A DNA stretch of 64,000 bases, from NCBI GenBank assembly GCA_965198065.1, contig CBDAON010000004.1, forward strand, positions 1,280,001 through 1,344,000. The letters run 5' to 3'. The notes under the pieces are model-generated. The model made no database searches, was not told the DNA's origin, and saw nothing but the letters and a program-made list of their open reading frames with translations. A program made the position numbers and the translations under genes. How positions within the stretch are numbered: the stretch's first letter is position 1; every line of letters begins with the position of its first letter. This DNA comes from Longimicrobiales bacterium (GTDB lineage Bacteria > Gemmatimonadota > Gemmatimonadetes > Longimicrobiales > Gaopeijiaceae). Below, one piece after another: positions 62,252 through 64,000 of this stretch.

Positions 62252-63110
62252 CGGAGCGCTTCCGCGGCGTGAACCGCCAGGCAGCCCGCTTGTCGCCGAT
62301 CTGCAGCCACCCGTCGGCCAGTACGTGGCGGGCGACGTACAGCCCGTCATCCGTCAGATCGTAGGCCACGAGCGCCGGTTCCCCGTCCCGGAGCTCATAG
62401 AGCGCGGGCGACTCCTGTGCGTGGGACCTCAGATAGGTGAACTGCCCGTCGTGCCACATCGCCTCGACCAGGAACGGTCGGTCGGCCGCGTCCCCGTCGA
62501 GCCGGTACTCGAACGCGAGACGCTCCGGATAGGCGGCACGGAACTCCTCGATCGCCGACTCAGCCTGAGTCCGGGCCTCCAGGATGCTGGCCTCGGCCGC
62601 CTCCCGGGCACTCCGCGCGGCCTCGGCCGCCTCGGCGGCCATCTGTTGGTAGGCCGCGACCTCGCTCCGCGCGACGAACGCGGGACGGCCGCTGCCTCCA
62701 GAGAGCCGCGCCGCCTCTGCTCCGGACTCTACGCGAACGACCAGATGAGGCGGCCCGTCGCTGTGCTCGGCCACCAGGAACGAGTAGATCCGCCCCGACT
62801 CGCAGACGAGCGCGATGTTCGTCGCCGCGTCCGGCCGCAGGGGTTTCAGGAACGCGACGTTCGCGGCGCCCGCCAGATGCCAGTACTCCGAGTCGCCGAC
62901 CACGAAATCCAGGATGTTCTCATCGGCGGGGAGCACGATCACCGTCGTGTGACGGACCTGCGTCCGCAGCCGGTGGATGCGGTCCTCGCCCTCCTCCGGG
63001 ACCGGCACCCGGAGGAACGCTTGGTCGTCCTCCTGCTGGGCGGTAGCCCCGGCGGGGAGGGCAGCCAAGAGAAGGGCGGTTAGAACGAGGGGTGCCATTG
63101 GTGGTCGCAT
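62248..63110 (-). CDS. virB9: VirB9/TrbG-like protein (apparent 1-nt frameshift near 62262 removes the natural stop)
   Basis: Signal peptide, TTVIVLPADE, GDSEYW, FLKP, WHDGQFTY, PALYE; adding one base gives PREALR* overlapping the virB10 ATG. Confidence 0.85.
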
Positions 63111-63116
63111 GGCGTG

Positions 63117-64000
63117 TCAGCTCCTTGCGTTGGGGGTGGGGGTGGGGGTGGGATCGTCTCGGCTCGCGAGCACCTCGAGCGCCCGGCTGAGTCCGTGACG
63201 CTCGACGGCCCGGGCCCGCTCCTCGGCGTCCAATGCGGACGAGGTGTAGAGCCAGTAGCTCTCCGGATCGACCTCGAGCCGGAGCACCGCCGCCCCGTCC
63301 GGGCGGCGCAGGTAGAGCTCGCGTTTGGGGATCAGGCCCCGGACCTGGGCCAGCTCCGACTCGTTCAGCCGGAACAGCGCTCCGACCTCGTCGGGGAGCT
63401 CCGGGTTCGCGAGGAACAGCTTGGTCGGGATCGACTCGAGGAGCGCCGCCGCGCCCGGCGTGGCCGTGACGTCCACCGCGGACTGGGTGGCGAGGATCAG
63501 CGCGGCGTTCTTCTTCCGCCACGTCTTCGCCGCCTCGGCCAGGTAGCTAAGCACCGCCGGGTCCTGCAGGTAGCGCCAGGCTTCGTCCACCACCATCAGC
63601 TTCAGCCGCGTCGCCTCGGACGGATCCTCCACCTCGAGCCGCATCCGCTCGAGCAGATAGGAGAGTGCCGCGTCGCAGAGATCCGGATGCTCGACCGCAC
63701 CCGCCAGATCGATCACCTGCCAGTCGGCGAACTCGAGGTCCGGCGCCCCGCCCGCCGGGTTGTCGAAGTAGGCGCCCCACGCGCCGCCTTGGGTCCAGCG
63801 GCTCCATGCCGGCCACGTCGCGGACGGAAGCGAGCTTGCCAAGACGCTCAGCGTGCGCCGCTCCGGCTCGAACGCGTAGAGGTCCTCGATCCGCGCCCGG
63901 ATCTCGCTCGTATCCGCCCCGCTCGCTTCCCAACCGCCGAGCTTCAGGAGCCGGAGCACCCAGCCGGTCAGGAACTGGAACGTCCGCGTGCCCGCCGGCA
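63117..64000 (-). CDS. virB4: VirB4-family ATPase, C-terminal part (5' end outside the window)
   Basis: Walker B LMVVDEAW, KTWRKKNA, LATQS, PTKLFLANP. Confidence 0.88.
   Translation of the reverse strand, partial: PAGTRTFQFLTGWVLRLLKLGGWEASGADTSEIRARIEDLYAFEPERRTLSVLASSLPSATWPAWSRWTQGGAWGAYFDNPAGGAPDLEFADWQVIDLAGAVEHPDLCDAALSYLLERMRLEVEDPSEATRLKLMVVDEAWRYLQDPAVLSYLAEAAKTWRKKNAALILATQSAVDVTATPGAAALLESIPTKLFLANPELPDEVGALFRLNESELAQVRGLIPKRELYLRRPDGAAVLRLEVDPESYWLYTSSALDAEERARAVERHGLSRALEVLASRDDPTPTPTPNARS

Larger units (their letters stand above)
44974..64000 (-). mobile_element. Integrative conjugative element inserted at tRNA-Ile (far end outside the window)
   Basis: Integrase abuts the tRNA 3' end and is followed by co-oriented xis-like, ardC, virB11, coupling-protein and virB8/6/5/10/9/4 genes. 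Confidence 0.9.

Overview
High-GC bacterial chromosome segment; the protein style suggests Gemmatimonadota, which is an inference. Bases 1-44.9 kb are housekeeping genes: hisG (partial, preceded by a His-rich leader peptide and attenuator), glnS-YqeY fusion, uvrA, a GldA/F/G-like ABC system, gltBD with a LysR regulator, gyrA, fadJ-like, an M23 peptidase, metG, ricT/PSP1, accA, M14 and M3 peptidases, a GGDEF protein, msrA, dnaE, yigZ, pcm and a stand-alone tRNA-Ile(GAT). From the tRNA 3' end to the window end lies an integrative conjugative element (ICE) on the minus strand. It encodes a tyrosine integrase, a Xis-like HTH protein, a relaxase candidate without HUH motifs, ArdC, VirB11, a coupling protein and VirB8/6/5/10/9/4. 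The main observation is that the ICE virB8 gene is split by a nested 4,991-bp element with a P4-type integrase, bounded by a perfect 19-bp direct repeat. Precise excision would restore an in-frame 222-aa VirB8. The nested element has no recognisable relaxase but carries two oriT-like modules of the same architecture with different specificity arms. Several genes have 1-2 nt indels at short homopolymers, probably long-read errors. All calls come from reading motifs by eye; no database searches were run.
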